Positions 1 through 13,482 of a DNA stretch of 64,000 nucleotides are shown here, piece by piece; the first letter of the stretch is position 1, and the number at the start of each line of letters is the position of its first letter. Location of the stretch: positions 1,550,001 to 1,614,000 of the forward strand of contig CP075492.1 in NCBI GenBank assembly GCA_021613535.1, in the 5' to 3' direction. The position numbers were made by a program, and so were the translations under genes. This stretch comes from Adineta vaga (Eukaryota; Animalia; Rotifera). The notes below the pieces were generated by a model. It searched no databases and was not told the DNA's origin. It saw only the letters and a list, made by a program, of their open reading frames with translations.

Positions 1-1074
1 CCATATTAAATGAACATCAACAAAAACAATTATCGAATGTTATTCAGTCATTCCCACAACTGTTTACCAACACACCAGGACGTACAAATATAATAAAGCA
101 TCATAGTGAAGTACAACCGAGTAGCAAACCATGCAACTCACCTCCGTATTGTTACGCTCCAGCACGCCGTCAAGTTATCGAAGAAGAACTCACTGCAATG
201 TTAAAAGAAGGTGTCATTATTCCATCTAAAAGTTCATGGGCATCCCCAGTAGTATTGGCTCCTAAGAAGAATGGAACGATGCGTTTCTGCATAGATTATC
301 GCAAACTAAATAATCTTACAATAAGGTATGCGTACCCATTACCTCACATCGACGATACCTTAGATTCATTACAACAAGCTCAGTTTTTCTCAACACTCGA
401 CTTCCGATCTGGTTACTGGCAAGTTGAAATGGACGAAGCTAGTAAACCACTTACAGCATTTGTTACACACAGAGGTCTTTTCGAATGTACAGTTATGCCG
501 TTTGGCCTTACAAATGCTCCAGCAACATTTCAGCGATTAATGGATATCGTATTAGCAGGACTTAAATGGCAATGTTGTTTAGTATATTTAGACGCTATTA
601 TTGTATTCTCCACAACATTTGAACAGCATCAACATGACTTACGAAAAGTCTTTACTGCTCTATCCAAGGCAAACCTGACACTCAAAGTCTCAAAGTGCAA
701 TTTTTGCCTTCCTGAGATCATATACTTGTGACACTTAGTCACATCTGAAGGTATTAAAACAACGACTAGTATTACCGCCTATTATGCAACCTCCAAACTT
801 TTCTTATCCATTTATACTGCAATTGGACGCATGTGAATACGGTATTGGATGCGTACTTACCCAAGAATATGACAAACACACATGTGTTATTGCATACGCT
901 AGCCGGACACTCAATACAGCGGAAAGAAACTACAGCGCAGTCGAACGCGAGGCTCTCGCTATCGTCTGGGCAACCAAACATTTCCGACAATATATCGAAG
1001 AAGGCCCAACCATCGTTCGTTCTGACTGTAAGGCCCTACAGTGTTTGAAAAGCACTCGAGATCCAACTGGCCGA

Positions 1075-1652
1075 TTTCAAATCTTAACTGATTCAGTATT
1101 CATACATCGTGTTGGAGAGCATTCGGTAGTGTCAACAAATTCAACTACTAAATGTCACACTGTTAAAACTTTTGATACGGAACAGCACATGATTAAAAAA
1201 CAATGAAGAAATCACTTTACTTCCAGTGGCTCTTATTACAACTATGGATACAAAATCTTTAGCATGTGATAAATTTTCCTTACCCGTATTACCAACCAAG
1301 GTGGGGAAAACACTCTCGTTTATACAAAATGCAGCCATGAATCCAATAGACAAAGATTTAATCGACTTACATTCAATGATTAGTAACCAAACTCATTGGG
1401 CAAAATTACCGCATATTCCATCGAATATGCAAGCTATTATTGATTTTATTTCCAATACTCCAAAACCGGAATTGACATTTAGATATAAAGAATAGATGAA
1501 TCATTCAATTTCATTTACTGGCATTATCATTGCAGCTTTTAGTATTATTTTCGGTTAAAAAGAAATAAATCTCCAAATTTGACAGTTGGTCTCCCAGCTG
1601 GTGCGTTAGAATTAACAACAATTGAAGCCCTTAAATCGAAAGCTGTCTCATA
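1075..1652 (+). pseudogene. C-terminal remnant of env-like ORF3
   Basis: FQILTDSV, TLLPVALITT..LACDKFSLP and NQTHWAKLPHIPSNMQAIIDFIS match FQILNDSI, TLSTVTLITI..LLCEQFHIP and NHTRWPKIPFISNELQEVIKFIS of ORF 46299-48020; interrupted by stops and deletions. Confidence 0.85.
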
Positions 1653-1906
1653 AGTTATATGGTAATATTTTATACCTACTCGTTTCTTCTTTCGAATTGT
1701 TGTATTTTTAGTTCATCTTATAGTTACCTTGGACACATTTCTAGTATTGTTTTGGGGTGTATGTGCTCTTGTCTGTTCTCTCCTTGATCGTGTAGCATGT
1801 GGGATAGTAATCTTTTTATCTCACTTCACGTCTTCTCTCGTTCAGTTTTCATATACGTTCTGCTTTATACAGAGACTCGAGAGCGCATCTCAATTAGACG
1901 GGGAGG

Positions 1907-2342
1907 TGTGCCAAGAAAACAGACAAACATCCTTTCATATAACACTCCCTGGTTATCTATTTTGATAATACGTAATCTTTTATTACCCTAGTTCATATTT
2001 TCTTTTTCTATCGCTCTTCACATTTTTCTCAATCTCTCTGAGATATTATGGAAGAAGACAGTCGATTACAATTAATAGCTGAAGATAGTTGTGTCTTGTC
2101 TGAGAGTGAGTTGTCGATGATTAGAGTCTGAACTTCAAGTCAGCATAGAAGCATATATGTATACGAGCAGTACATAGTGTGTTTTGCTGTGTTGATTCAT
2201 TTTATTTTTTTATTTACATTATGTTGTTATTATTACTATTATTCAATAAATCCTTACGTTTTTGTGTTGTCCAAACGTTGTGAACCGTTAGTCTTCTCTC
2301 AACATATAGATTCATCAACCAGAAAGAGTATTTTACGTTACA
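1907..2342 (+). repeat. Probable 3' LTR of the deleted element
   Basis: Begins TGT immediately after the purine tract AGACGGGGAGG, contains AATAAA (~2245) and ends CGTTACA. No second copy in the window, so the boundaries are inferred. Confidence 0.6.
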
Positions 2343-3039
2343 AATATGACTGTCATAAAGCTCAGGGTACGGTTGAATGTATCTATTTTTTGTATGTTAA
2401 GCTCTTATTTTCTATTTGTACAGCTATGTGGGTGTGGTTGTGGGTGAGGTTAGTGTTTACTGAATCTCACCCACACTCCAGAGGATCAATTAAAGTTTCA
2501 ATTTGAAGATATAATTGAACGTGAAGTCCAAAGTACTTTTTCTGTTTTGATATTCCTATCTATGTAACTCTCTGTGTTAATATTTAACACTAAAAGAAAC
2601 TTTCTATTGCTATTAGTTGATTGTCAAAGAAAACAACCAGGAGAAGATTGTTTCCGACGTAACAGTATATTATTAAAAACGATGAAAAGAAAAGCAAAAT
2701 GAAACGATTCTAACAATATTGTTTCAACGTCATCCGGAAATACAAACTAAGCAACTAATATTTATAAAAACAATGAAAAAAACCTGGATATCGATGATTA
2801 AAGAGTGAAAAGAAAGCAAAAAAGACATGCGTTGTTCAGCTTTTTAATATTATATATTACAGTACTACCATTATCAACATAAAATTATTGCAATAAATAA
2901 ATATTTGCTTTGTTTGAAAACTGACGAAGATAGATTCATATATTTTTAAAAATCAAAATTGATAAATAAAAATCTTGGTGATGAATGAAAGGCATTTAAA
3001 TGAAACGAAGAAAAGGTGTGAATGAATATAATAAAGCTT

Positions 3040-4052
3040 TTATAATTTGAGAAATTTTCGAACTTGTTCAGCTGTGAATTCACTAACGTACATATTCATT
3101 GATGAATCAAAGGCAATACCTCTTGGGCCGCTTAATGCAGTCGCGCCACTTCCAGCGGAACCAGTACCAGCAACTGTTATACCATTCGGATTATTCGGAT
3201 AGAACAATTGTATTCGATTGTTATTATAATCAACAACGTACATGTTCAAATCAACATCTAATTTGATATCTCTTGGACTATTCAGGAGTGTTGCATTAGA
3301 TCCAGCTACGCCCGGTACACCGACTATAACAGTACCCGATGAAGCACCCGGTAGCCATTTCATAACAGTATGTGCTTCAGTATTTGTTACATACATATAT
3401 TCGCTTATAGTTTCATTATAAAAAATTCCCCATGGTGTGTATAATTGTGTATTCGTAAAACCAGCACCATTTCCACCAGCAACAATGGCTCCGTCATCTC
3501 CAGTTGTTGAATTTGCTCGATAACGCATAATTCGGTGATTACTACTATCTACAAGATACATATATGTACCTGTTGAATCGAAAGTAAAATATCGTGGACC
3601 ATTCAATTGATTCAATGAAGTACCGGCTGATCCAGTTATTCCAGCCATTGTGAGTCCATTATTTGTTCCATTAATGTACTTTTGTACTCTGTTATTGGTA
3701 AAATCACTAACATACAAGGTTTTATTTGAATTGAAATAAACACCTTGGGGATAATCTAATGTGGTAGCAGTTGCTGCACGTACTCCAAGTGTTCCAGCTA
3801 CAATAATCGGTGTCGTCGTATTTTTCAATAATTTCCATACAACGGAATTCGTTGATTGATCTGCTATAAACAACGTACCTTGCGAATCAATAAATATACC
3901 AGTAACTTTTGTCAAAGATGATGTACCCAATATCGTAATGCCGGTTGTATTCCAACGCTTACTACTCGACATACCTATGTGTTATAAACAATTCTATATA
4001 GTGAAATAAAACAACATTGTCTACACTCACAAAGATCTAAAGATGACGTTGT

Positions 4053-4090
<38 letters not shown>

Positions 4091-4525
4091 ATGATGATGA
4101 TGTTGTTGTTGATGCTATATATGAAATGTACGTTAGATTTTTCCTCAATATCAATATTCTTGTGAATTTTGTTTCAATTAGATACTATTTTATTATGTAC
4201 TAAACTTACCTTTTGTCGTTACCGATGTAATCGATATAAATGATTGATTCAAAAATCGAACTGAACTATTCATATAAAATTCAATTGTCAACAAAGAACT
4301 ATTCAAACTGAATAGTTGACATGTATTATTTGCATAAAAATAATTCAAAACAGATAATGATTCATGAGATTGCACCATTCGACACATACATTCATTGTAT
4401 GTTATGTTATAAAACAAATCTTGTTGACTTCCAATGTATATACAATTTTCTATCTTTCCAATATTCACAGAATCAATAGTAGATAAGAAAAATAGTACAA
4501 GAATAAGGCAAAATATGTTTACCAT
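3040..4525 (-). CDS. Secreted NHL-repeat (beta-propeller) protein with N-terminal Cys-rich domain and Ser/Thr linker; 3 exons (4525-4210, 4114-4031, 3974-3040)
   Basis: Signal peptide MVNIFCLILVLFFLSTIDS; GT-AG introns join the frames; (GTT)n at 4048-4110 encodes poly-Thr; repeated L..P.G...D...N.YV.D..N.R NHL motifs in ORF 3040-3972. Confidence 0.85.
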
Positions 4526-5210
4526 TGCATACACTTTCTCTGAATTATTTTCCTTAAATGCGTCATTCTGAGTTTTAATCTTAAATATGCAGTGGTAGAA
4601 AGAAAGAAAAATCTTCTTCTATCGTTGCCAGAACTTCTCTTTATTTGATTAAATTGTTTTCCAGCATATTGTCAAACATGAGATGCCAATAAAGGAAAAA
4701 AAAGAACGTCACTTTGGATCTCAAACTATTCACCTAATTGAATATATGTTATTCTATTTTTCATAAGAATAGAAATAAAAAAAACTTGAATACAGTCGGA
4801 ACGTGTGTATCAACATGTTGATCATCAAAATGAAAGTATATGATTATTGTATAGAAAGAGTTAAGTTACAGTAAAAATTTGAATAAAAATAAAACTCAAT
4901 CATACAAAACAGATGAAAGTGTGAATAAATTCTTCTGTACATATGACTTTCACATTTCATTATTTTGATAAATAAATATAAAAACATCTCTCTCATTGAA
5001 AGATCGTGTTATTGAGTGATATATTTCAGTGAGAGATATGATGATTATTCTTCATTTTTCATTTCTTATTGGACAATTTACATAACAAACACTTTGTATC
5101 ACACTTTTCTTGACCGAGACATTATCTCTCGTCCGCGCCGTTCAACATTTCTCTATATAAATAGTGATGTTGTACACAAATTCAAAATAATCAATTATTC
5201 TTCAAACAAT

Positions 5211-5939
5211 ATGGCATTTCAACGGTTTATACCTTTCGTAACTCTTCTATTCATTCATCTTTCATGTGCCAAACCAATCGGTAAGTAAAAGAATTTGAAT
5301 ATAAGAGAGAAATGTATGTTTATTCTTTTGTTTGCTTCATCAGAATTTTCTGATGATAACAATGTTCCATCAATGGAAACAAAAAATACTCATGGAAATG
5401 TCTATGAGAATACTTATTTTGGTATTTCGATCGAGAAACCTAGTGGATGGTATGTAATGGATTTAAAACAAGTAAAATCCTTAGTTGTAAGTAGTGCTAC
5501 ATCATCAATGTCTTCAAATAAGAAGGTAACAACAGATTTAGTCCCTTTATTCGGTTTTTTTGCATATCCATATGGTTCAAATGTTAGTAAAATTAATGCA
5601 AATATTTTTGGAGTAGGTGAAAATGTTACTAATCGAATGGTAATTAAAAATGATTGTGATATTTTGAATTACAAAAAAACAGGATATCCAATAACAAGTG
5701 AGCAAGCATGTGAATATGTAGAAATTAATGGAATTAAATATGCACAAAAAATGATTACACTTTTATATGCTGAGACAAATATTCATCAAGTTCAACTTGG
5801 TCGAAGTACTCAAAATGGTTATGTATTTGCATTTGCATTAACATATGGTGATGATGATGATAATGATAAAAATCAACTTATGAATACAATGAGTACAATT
5901 CGTTTTGGAAAAGATTCGAATTTTTTTGTTAGAAAATAA
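5211..5939 (+). CDS. Small secreted protein of unknown function; 2 exons (5211-5280, 5344-5939)
   Basis: TATATAAA at ~5154, signal peptide MAFQRFIPFVTLLFIHLSCA, phase-1 GTAAGT...CAG intron joining in frame to ORF 5295-5939. The YENTYFGISIEKPSGW motif recalls bacterial PsbP/DcrB-like periplasmic proteins (weak). Confidence 0.75.
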
Positions 5940-6256
5940 TGGATATCGAATAAAATTCAAATTTCTTTTCTGTCTTTTCGTAAAGTAAATAAAAGGGAAC
6001 GTATTTATTTACGTGGAATGATTAATTGATTTAATTTCGGTAGTTCCCATCTGAATTTTATAAACATGTTCTACAAATGATTTATACGGATCATTTCATG
6101 TTCGTGATTGATCAGAATACGTTTAAAATAACACAAATTGATCTCGAAAAAAATTTAATAAACTTTCTGCAGTTTGTTTATCATTGACATATATCTACAT
6201 ATAATATAAATGAAATTACTGATATTAATTACAGAAGAATAATAATGATAAATCTT

Positions 6257-6555
6257 GAGGGTGTGAGTGTTTGGATAATACACAATAAGACTCAGCTTAA
6301 CACCAACACTTGCACCCAAAACATAATAACATCTTTATATTCTATCCGAAAGTTATGTTTACTGCAAATAAGTGTTTGTGAGAGAGATGAGTCATTCTGA
6401 GATGTCTGAACATCATACCTATTATGGGAAAATTTTCAACGAATTTTTATATTTATATCTATGGGAATTATGGTCGTTTTTAACTTCATAAATCTTTGAA
6501 AGATATGGATGTGGTTGTGGGTGAATACAAGAGACCCTCACCCACACCCACACCC
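6257..6555. repeat. Short element with telomere-like inverted ends (GAGGGTGTG...CACCCACACCC); related copies at 2427-2477, 9785-9921, 12428-12478
   Basis: TGAGGG/TGTGGG hexamers facing CCCACA/CCCTCA in four places within the first 12.5 kb. Confidence 0.65.
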
Positions 6556-6680
6556 GCCTGTGAAAAGAAAATTAATTCAATGAATAAAATGATGCGCTAC
6601 GAGTTGTTTTCTCTACTCACATGCTGTTTATTGTGTTTAACTATAAACCAGAAAGAAACTAAAACATGAAAGAGAAAACA

Positions 6681-7993
6681 TTAACACCAAGGACTGATGG
6701 TCGGTTCTCCTAATCCAAAACATTTTCGGATTCGTTTATAAGTATCTATCCGTAGTCCTTGATTTGCAGCACCTGGTCCACCATTACATTCCAATTTTCC
6801 ATTTATAATTCGTGTAGTCGCAGCAAAGTCACCTCGACGAGCAGGCTCATCCATTTTATTAGTTTGATAGAACCATACGGCGGTTCGTACAGCTAGACTT
6901 GGTTGCTGTTCAACAACATCTGGATTGCTAAGCAAATCAACACCTAGAGCTTGTCCAGCGGCATGATAATTACAGGGCCACGAAAGTTGAAACCATCCAC
7001 GACCATAATACAGTTTACCAGGTTTACCTTGAATTCCACACCACGATCCAGCATAATTCGATGCACAACCTATTCAGACATGAGAATAGAGAAAAGTCTT
7101 CTTTGAATTGCTATTCTTATCATGAAACAAGTGGTAACTCACCTGGAGCACAATACTCTCGCATAGTCTTTAAGCCATCGGTTTCATGAAACACATGAGC
7201 AAGAAACACTGCTGCTTCATCTTTATTCGCTGGTGTCCAACCAGATTCTCGGAGTCCATTAAAGCGACTGGCTCTCATACCTGCATCGATGGTATTAAAC
7301 GCACAGGCGAATGTTTGTTCATTAATGATGTCACCACTACTACTACCGCCGCCAACAGTATTATCACCTATAGAATTAATAATTATAAATTGTATTCACA
7401 GATACACTGAATTTACCTAGTACTCCACAAACCATAGATGGATCATTTGTTGAGAAAGCATTATTTTTTGAAACTGCACCGTATTTCATCCAGCAAGTAC
7501 CACCTTGATGATCTGTCCAAGTAAAGTGAGTGCATCCTGTAGTTTCAGCACATTTTCCACCACAAAGTTCCCCTGCAATTTTTACATTAGAAAGATCATT
7601 ACCAGAGAAATCACATTGCACAGCCCAATTATTTCCATTCCAATTAATATTCGAGCCAGAACCACCTTGGTGACCACCCTCCATTATACCACATACTACA
7701 TTTGGATCATTTGTTGAAAAAGCATTATTTTTTGAAACTGCACCGTATTTCATCCAGCAAGTACCACCTTGATGATCTGTCCAAGTAAAGTGAGTGCATC
7801 CTGTAGTTTCAGCACATTTTCCACCACAAAGTTCCCCTGCAATTTTTACATTAGAAAGATCATTACCAGAGAAATCACATTGCATAGCCCAATTATTTCC
7901 ATTCCAATTCACAGCACATTTAACATAATCAATAATTAAAATATTTATTATTAAAAAGCTAAGCAAAATCGAACGAGAAAGAATATTGATCAT
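6681..7993 (-). CDS. Secreted GH19 chitinase with two N-terminal PAN/Apple-like repeats; 3 exons (7993-7417, 7367-7143, 7069-6681)
   Basis: Spliced translation gives AAVFLAHVFHETDGLKTMRE, YYGRGWFQLSWPCNY..AGQALGVDLLSNPD, TAVWFY and TTRIINGKLEC (GH19 signatures), a signal peptide, and two CDFSGNDL...CGGKC....GCTHFTW....GTCWMK repeats. Confidence 0.92.
7440..7908 (-). repeat. Near-identical tandem duplication of the PAN/Apple domain (period 264 bp)
   Basis: 7440-7645 and 7704-7908 are almost identical at nucleotide level. Confidence 0.9.
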
Positions 7994-8869
7994 TTTATGA
8001 TGTTCAGTATTTAGTCGATGACTACTAAAATCTAAAAAAAGAAATAGTCTGAGAATGTTGGACATTTTCTTTCATAGAAAAGAAACATTAGAATTATACT
8101 TACAATTTAATTGAGGTAATTGTATCCAATTGATATTTTACTGGATTACTGATTATGTCACGCATCTATATATATTAGTGTCCTGTGGGAGTCATTTTTT
8201 CCCTATGTTTCCCATTTGTAGTAAGAGAATGGAAAGTGTCATTGAATCTTAGGGATTAGGAATCGAAGAGTGAGAGGCGAGTTAAAAATTAACGTTTTGT
8301 AAATCATATCTATTTTGCGCAGGAGGATATATACCCATGTAAAACAAATCCGACTTTAATCGATTTTTTATGATGAAAAATCGATAAAAATGTCACGATT
8401 TTCATCAAGTTTTCATCTGTTCTTTTCTTTTCACAGATTTTAATCCTCCGTAACCTGCCTACCAATTGTCATGTCTTTCTATCTGTGCACTTGATTTCAA
8501 TACATTATTTCTTAGAAAATTAATGTTAATAGACTTTTTTTGGGAAATTATTTTTCCTCGATTCAAACTGGCTATTTTTACAATAGACTCCAGCATTTTA
8601 CCAATAAGATAAAAGTTCGCAGAACTTTTGTAACAGATATGTTTCTGTAACAATTCGAGTAATATGAATGAATAATGAGTCATTCTAAATTAAATATTTG
8701 AAAATTTTTTTGGATTCAATAAAAAAATATTTCTGTTAAGAATCTGTACTGTAGATTTTCCTCATCAATCTGTCTATGATGTAATATTGTATTCAATCAT
8801 TTTGCATTGTCATGTACTATTATGTGCTGAGATACTTTGAACTTCGAAAGTTTTAATCAGTTAACTAGG

Positions 8870-9786
8870 GTGTGATGATACAAGACAATCAATTGGAAAT
8901 TTAAGTATTCGAATTCTATTTGGTAAATTAATGATTGATTTGTACGATTGGAATGAAGCTGAAAGATTATTTAATGAAGTTTATAAACAAATGATTGAAA
9001 ATAATCCATCACGTATTGAAGATTCATCAATTGTTCTCAATGATATGGGAAAGGTTTTATTTCGACAAGGAAAATACGAAAAAGCTCTCGATTTTCATCA
9101 ACGTACATTGATTATTCAACAAGAAATATTTCCATCGAATCATCCTTCTATTACTGAAAGTTTACACGATATTGGTGGAATTCTTCGACGTTGGAGAAAA
9201 ACTGACGAAGCATTTGATTATTATTAACGATCATTTGATCTTCGACAAAATTATTATAATTCTAATCATGTTGATATTGGTCATAGTTTAACTTATATTA
9301 CTGGAATTATTATCGATCGAAATGAATATCAACAAGCTTTAGATTATCAGCAACAAGCATTGAATATTTAAAAAAATTTCTTATTCATTTTATCATATTG
9401 ATATTGCTGATGTTCTTCATTGGATGAGTATTCTTTTCTTAAGTGAAGGAAAATTTTCCGAATCATTTAATATTGCTCAATAAGTCTTAGGAATTTATAA
9501 AAAATTATATCAACCATATTACCCTTCTACTGCATATATTTTATGGCATATTGGAAATATTCAATATCAACAAGGAATGATTGATCAAAGTATAGAATTA
9601 CAAAATGAAATATTAAATAAAATAAAAGAGTCTCTTCCATTTGATCATCCAGATATTATTTTATTTCTTAATTCACTTTCTGATAAATATTTTCATGGAA
9701 AAGAAAATTATGATAAAGCTATAGAATATTATCAACAAGCTTTGAATATTTTAGAAAAATCTCATTTATCACATATTCCATCTTGA
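8870..9786 (+). pseudogene. Decayed TPR-repeat (kinesin-light-chain-like) gene
   Basis: TPR-like text (GKYEKALDFHQRTL...PSNHPSITESL, NYDKAIEYYQQAL) broken by in-frame stops at ~9225, ~9369 and ~9481; ends abruptly at a TGAGGGTGTGGG motif. Confidence 0.8.
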
Positions 9787-12700
9787 GGGTGTGGGTGTCT
9801 TATTGAATGTACACACCCACACCCAAAAACCACAAAGAAAGAAATTCCCCTGATTGTCAATTATTCTACACAACATAAACTAGTTATGGCAGCTGATCTC
9901 ACATCCACACCCACATCCTTCTCTACATTGACTGAAATCAAGTTGCCAACAATATTCTTCATCATAATAAAATAATTCATATTGACATTTTGATCCAAAA
10001 TATGACTCTGTACAATTATAATGGATTTCTTTTGTTAAGGATAAATTGTTTATTTCAATATAAAATTCATAGTTTTCAATAATATCAATGTGTGTTGATG
10101 AAAGATATAAATCATTACTTGTGATATTTAATTTGAAAAAAAATCATTAAATGAATATTGTTCTATTGAATTATCATTTTAAATAGAAAATTTAAATGTT
10201 GATTCACTCATATAATATTATGAAATATATGAATTAAATTCACTAACATCAAAATCTGAACCTGTACGAAAACAATTATATCTTATATCTATTTGATTAT
10301 ATTCATTTTCATTTATTTCATTTGTATAATGAAAATTTATTTGCGATATTGATAGGATATAATCAATTCATATTAAATGAAAGATATATTTTAATATTGA
10401 TATAAAATAAAGTTTCGGTCTAATCTCTTTATATAATTTAACAAACTTTCTTTAATCTCAATTAGATAATAAAAAAACTGATTTGTTCCACCAAAGTGAA
10501 CTTTTTTTTATTGTTTGAATAGATGTTTTCTTTATTCTCAAATATGTTATTCATTTCATTCTAATGCACAATTTTCTTAAGACATCACAAAAACAGGATG
10601 TATACATATTCATAGTGTGTTCAAATAAAACAAAGTATGCTGATACACTATTTGAAAGTCTTATTAGAACCATTGTATTAAAGATTATATTCAAATCAAT
10701 CTTTTTCTCTCTATTGAATTTTTAATATGAATTGATTTCTAAGAATTATTTTAATGAAGAAAATAAGAATATGTTAAAATAATGAAAAAAGGAAGAAAAA
10801 GAAGGAGAGAAAGAGAAAAAAGAAAGAAAGGAACAAAGACAAAAAAAATGACTTGAATTACAATAAAATCGTAACCATATAAAGACTAATAAACTTTAGT
10901 AAAACCATAATTTTAATTAATTTTAATTAAATTCATTTCTTGATAATCCTGTCGCATCTAAAAATATTAATTCATAATTTGGCTTCAATAAAGTATTATT
11001 AAATACAGAATTATCATAAGCAATTGAATTATGTTTACCATATTGAGATTATTTATATGGATGAAAAATTTTGTATAAAATTTCACAAAATACATCTGTA
11101 TTAGTTATATTTTGATTTTATTTTTGAAACTATTGATCCAGTTTTCAATAAATGTTTAATTTAAAAATGATTTTTATTGAAAAGGATAAGCGCTGATGTG
11201 GATGAGCAATAAGAGATGTTTATCTACACTGATAACTACACCATGTCTTCACCCACCTTCAAAATATAGTTCAAGAATATAAAATCCTGACTCCAAATGT
11301 TATCAGAATAGTAACACAATTTATTGAAGTCATAGACACGCGAAAAACAATAAAAAATTTTTAAATATAACTAAAATAAAGGTAAACGCGACAAGAGTGT
11401 TTAAAAACATGAAATTCAAGTTAAATCCAGCAAATATCTGAGCATTAAACAATCATGGTTAAATCTATCGATCAGAAATCTATTCAAATCTAAAATAAAT
11501 AGTAAATAGTTGATCAAAACCTAAAAAAAATCTGTTACATTATCGTCGGTAATCATATCTGCGGTATATATCGAAACAATGAGAAAATAAAAGGATTGTT
11601 AAAGATTACTCAGAACGCAAGAGAAAATGTATAGGTAATGAAGATGACCTGTCGAGTACAAGGATTACTGATCTATCAATTATAATTACCTTTTCTCATG
11701 GATATCCTTTTTGTTCTTATTATTGCAAAGACAATACACACAAAAAAAAAAACGATCATGCGTTGAAGGAAAGATATGCCTCTAATCTATTGATGGTTTG
11801 AACGAGAAAATGAAAGGATTGTCAAAAAAATACATATAATAAAAGAATGTACAGATCATTGAAATATTTAACTTCTGATGGGGAGAATTGATTTTAGAAA
11901 TCATTCTTAGTATTATTTTATTTTTGTGTACTAAAATAATCAGCCTAAATTTATTATCAAAAATCCCACGTTGAAGTGATTATTACTATCTATAAAGGGT
12001 GTTTCCAATTGACGTGTGATTTTTCTATTAGTTAAAGTCGTATTAGTGTTAAATCTATACTAATAGGCTTGCTTATAATCTAAACCATCTCTAAAATGCA
12101 AAAGGTCAGTACTTTGATTACTGATCATCAATGAGTGAAATAAATCTTTTGAATAATCTGCGAGGGATGACTTAAAATATAAACAACGAGAGAAAAAAAA
12201 GAAAAAAATAATGGATGAATACACACCACAGTAGAAATGGAGGAGAAAGAAAAAGAGAACGTAAGTAGTGAAAGATAGATGAGACCTGTGTGTTTATAAG
12301 TTACATACACTAGTTTAATTTTCATTTCATTTATAAGATATCAATACAAGCAATTATTTTTATCGGTAACTGATATATTTTTTAATATTTTCACTAATGT
12401 CCTGCACGAAAGATTTTACCCTGCTTTGAGGGTGGTTGTGGGTGAAGGTATCTCCTCTTCTTTCACACCCACACCCTCAGGTAAGACCCTCTAAATGCAG
12501 GAGCCTTTTTCATTTGACTATCATTTTTTCTAATATTTACTCGATCGTTTGCTTTAAGTATCCATATGCCCAGAGGTCGATGTTTGCACAATTAATCAAG
12601 TAAATAGGTAAATAGTTGCTTACTATAATGTACATTTTCTATTTTAGACTGTTCCACGACTGCGTCGTCACTTCAGAATACGGCTGTATTATGGTATAGT

Positions 12701-12985
12701 TTTAAGTGTAAATGGTATTCGTTTTTCGTCGTGGACGATCGTCGTTATGTTCGATGTGGGATGGTAGGATTGCCTCATCGTATTGGATCTATGATTCAAA
12801 CATTGTCAAATGAAGTTTTGTATAAAACTCTAAATACGAAACCTTGTGTGCGGAACCATTTCTCTCATCCGCCACGAAAAAGTTCAGTACGAAACCATCT
12901 TCCGACAAAACCATGTGAGGTTCGCAGGGTGTATCCGCGTCCGAATCTTCTTTCGGTTTCGTAAAAACCCTTTTTCTACAGTGCA

Positions 12986-13482
12986 ATTTGTGCTCTTCAC
13001 TGTAAAAAAAAATAGTTTACTACTAAGCCCATCAAAAAGGTTTGGTAGGTGCCGAATAGCTTCCAAATAAGTCAACATGTTGAAAAAAAATGGCCTTCAA
13101 AATCAACGAAACCTACAACGGTTCTGGCCACGGGCACACGCTCCGAATCATCGTCTACGAAACCTTATTAGGTTTTGTACATCAGAAAAAAACGTTTCAT
13201 GAGAAAATATGAAACTCATAGGTTCAGCACTATGATTCTATACTAAATACCATGGTTTCGCATTTTCAGACGAAACCTTTTTTCTGATGTACAAAATCTA
13301 ATAAGGTTTCGTAGACGATGATTCGGAGCATGTGCCCGTGGCCAGAAACGTTGTAGGTTTCGTTGATTTTGAAGGCCATTTTTTTTCAACATGTTGACTT
13401 ATTTGGAAGCTATTCGGCACCTACCAAACCTTTTTGATGGACTTAGTAGTAAACTATTTTTTTACAGTGCAGAGCACAAATT
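12986..13482. mobile_element. Fold-back/MITE: ~500 bp palindrome with CACTGTAAAAA...TTTTTACAGTG near the ends
   Basis: 12986-~13225 is the reverse complement of ~13245-13482 with few mismatches; internal CGAAACC motifs; a second ACAGTG end with CGAAACC repeats abuts it at 12830-12983. Confidence 0.85.

Larger units (their letters stand above)
1..2342 (+). mobile_element. Internally deleted Ty3/Gypsy LTR retrotransposon (RT, RNase H, env remnant, 3' LTR); starts before the window
   Basis: ORF 198-731 has RT motifs (SPVVLAPKK, MPFGLTNAPATFQ) with YLDD changed to YLDA. ORF 784-1206 is RNase H (LDACEYG, EREALAIVWA) fused directly to env-like sequence. All parts align with the element at 45651-53103. 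Confidence 0.92.

Noticed and set aside
9930-11200. Possible decayed coding remnants in a very AT-rich stretch
   Set aside because: Stop-riddled, with no motif I can identify.
12731-13078. Cluster of short ORFs and CGAAACC repeats, superficially CRISPR-like
   Set aside because: No constant repeat-spacer period and no cas genes; these are subterminal repeats of a MITE.
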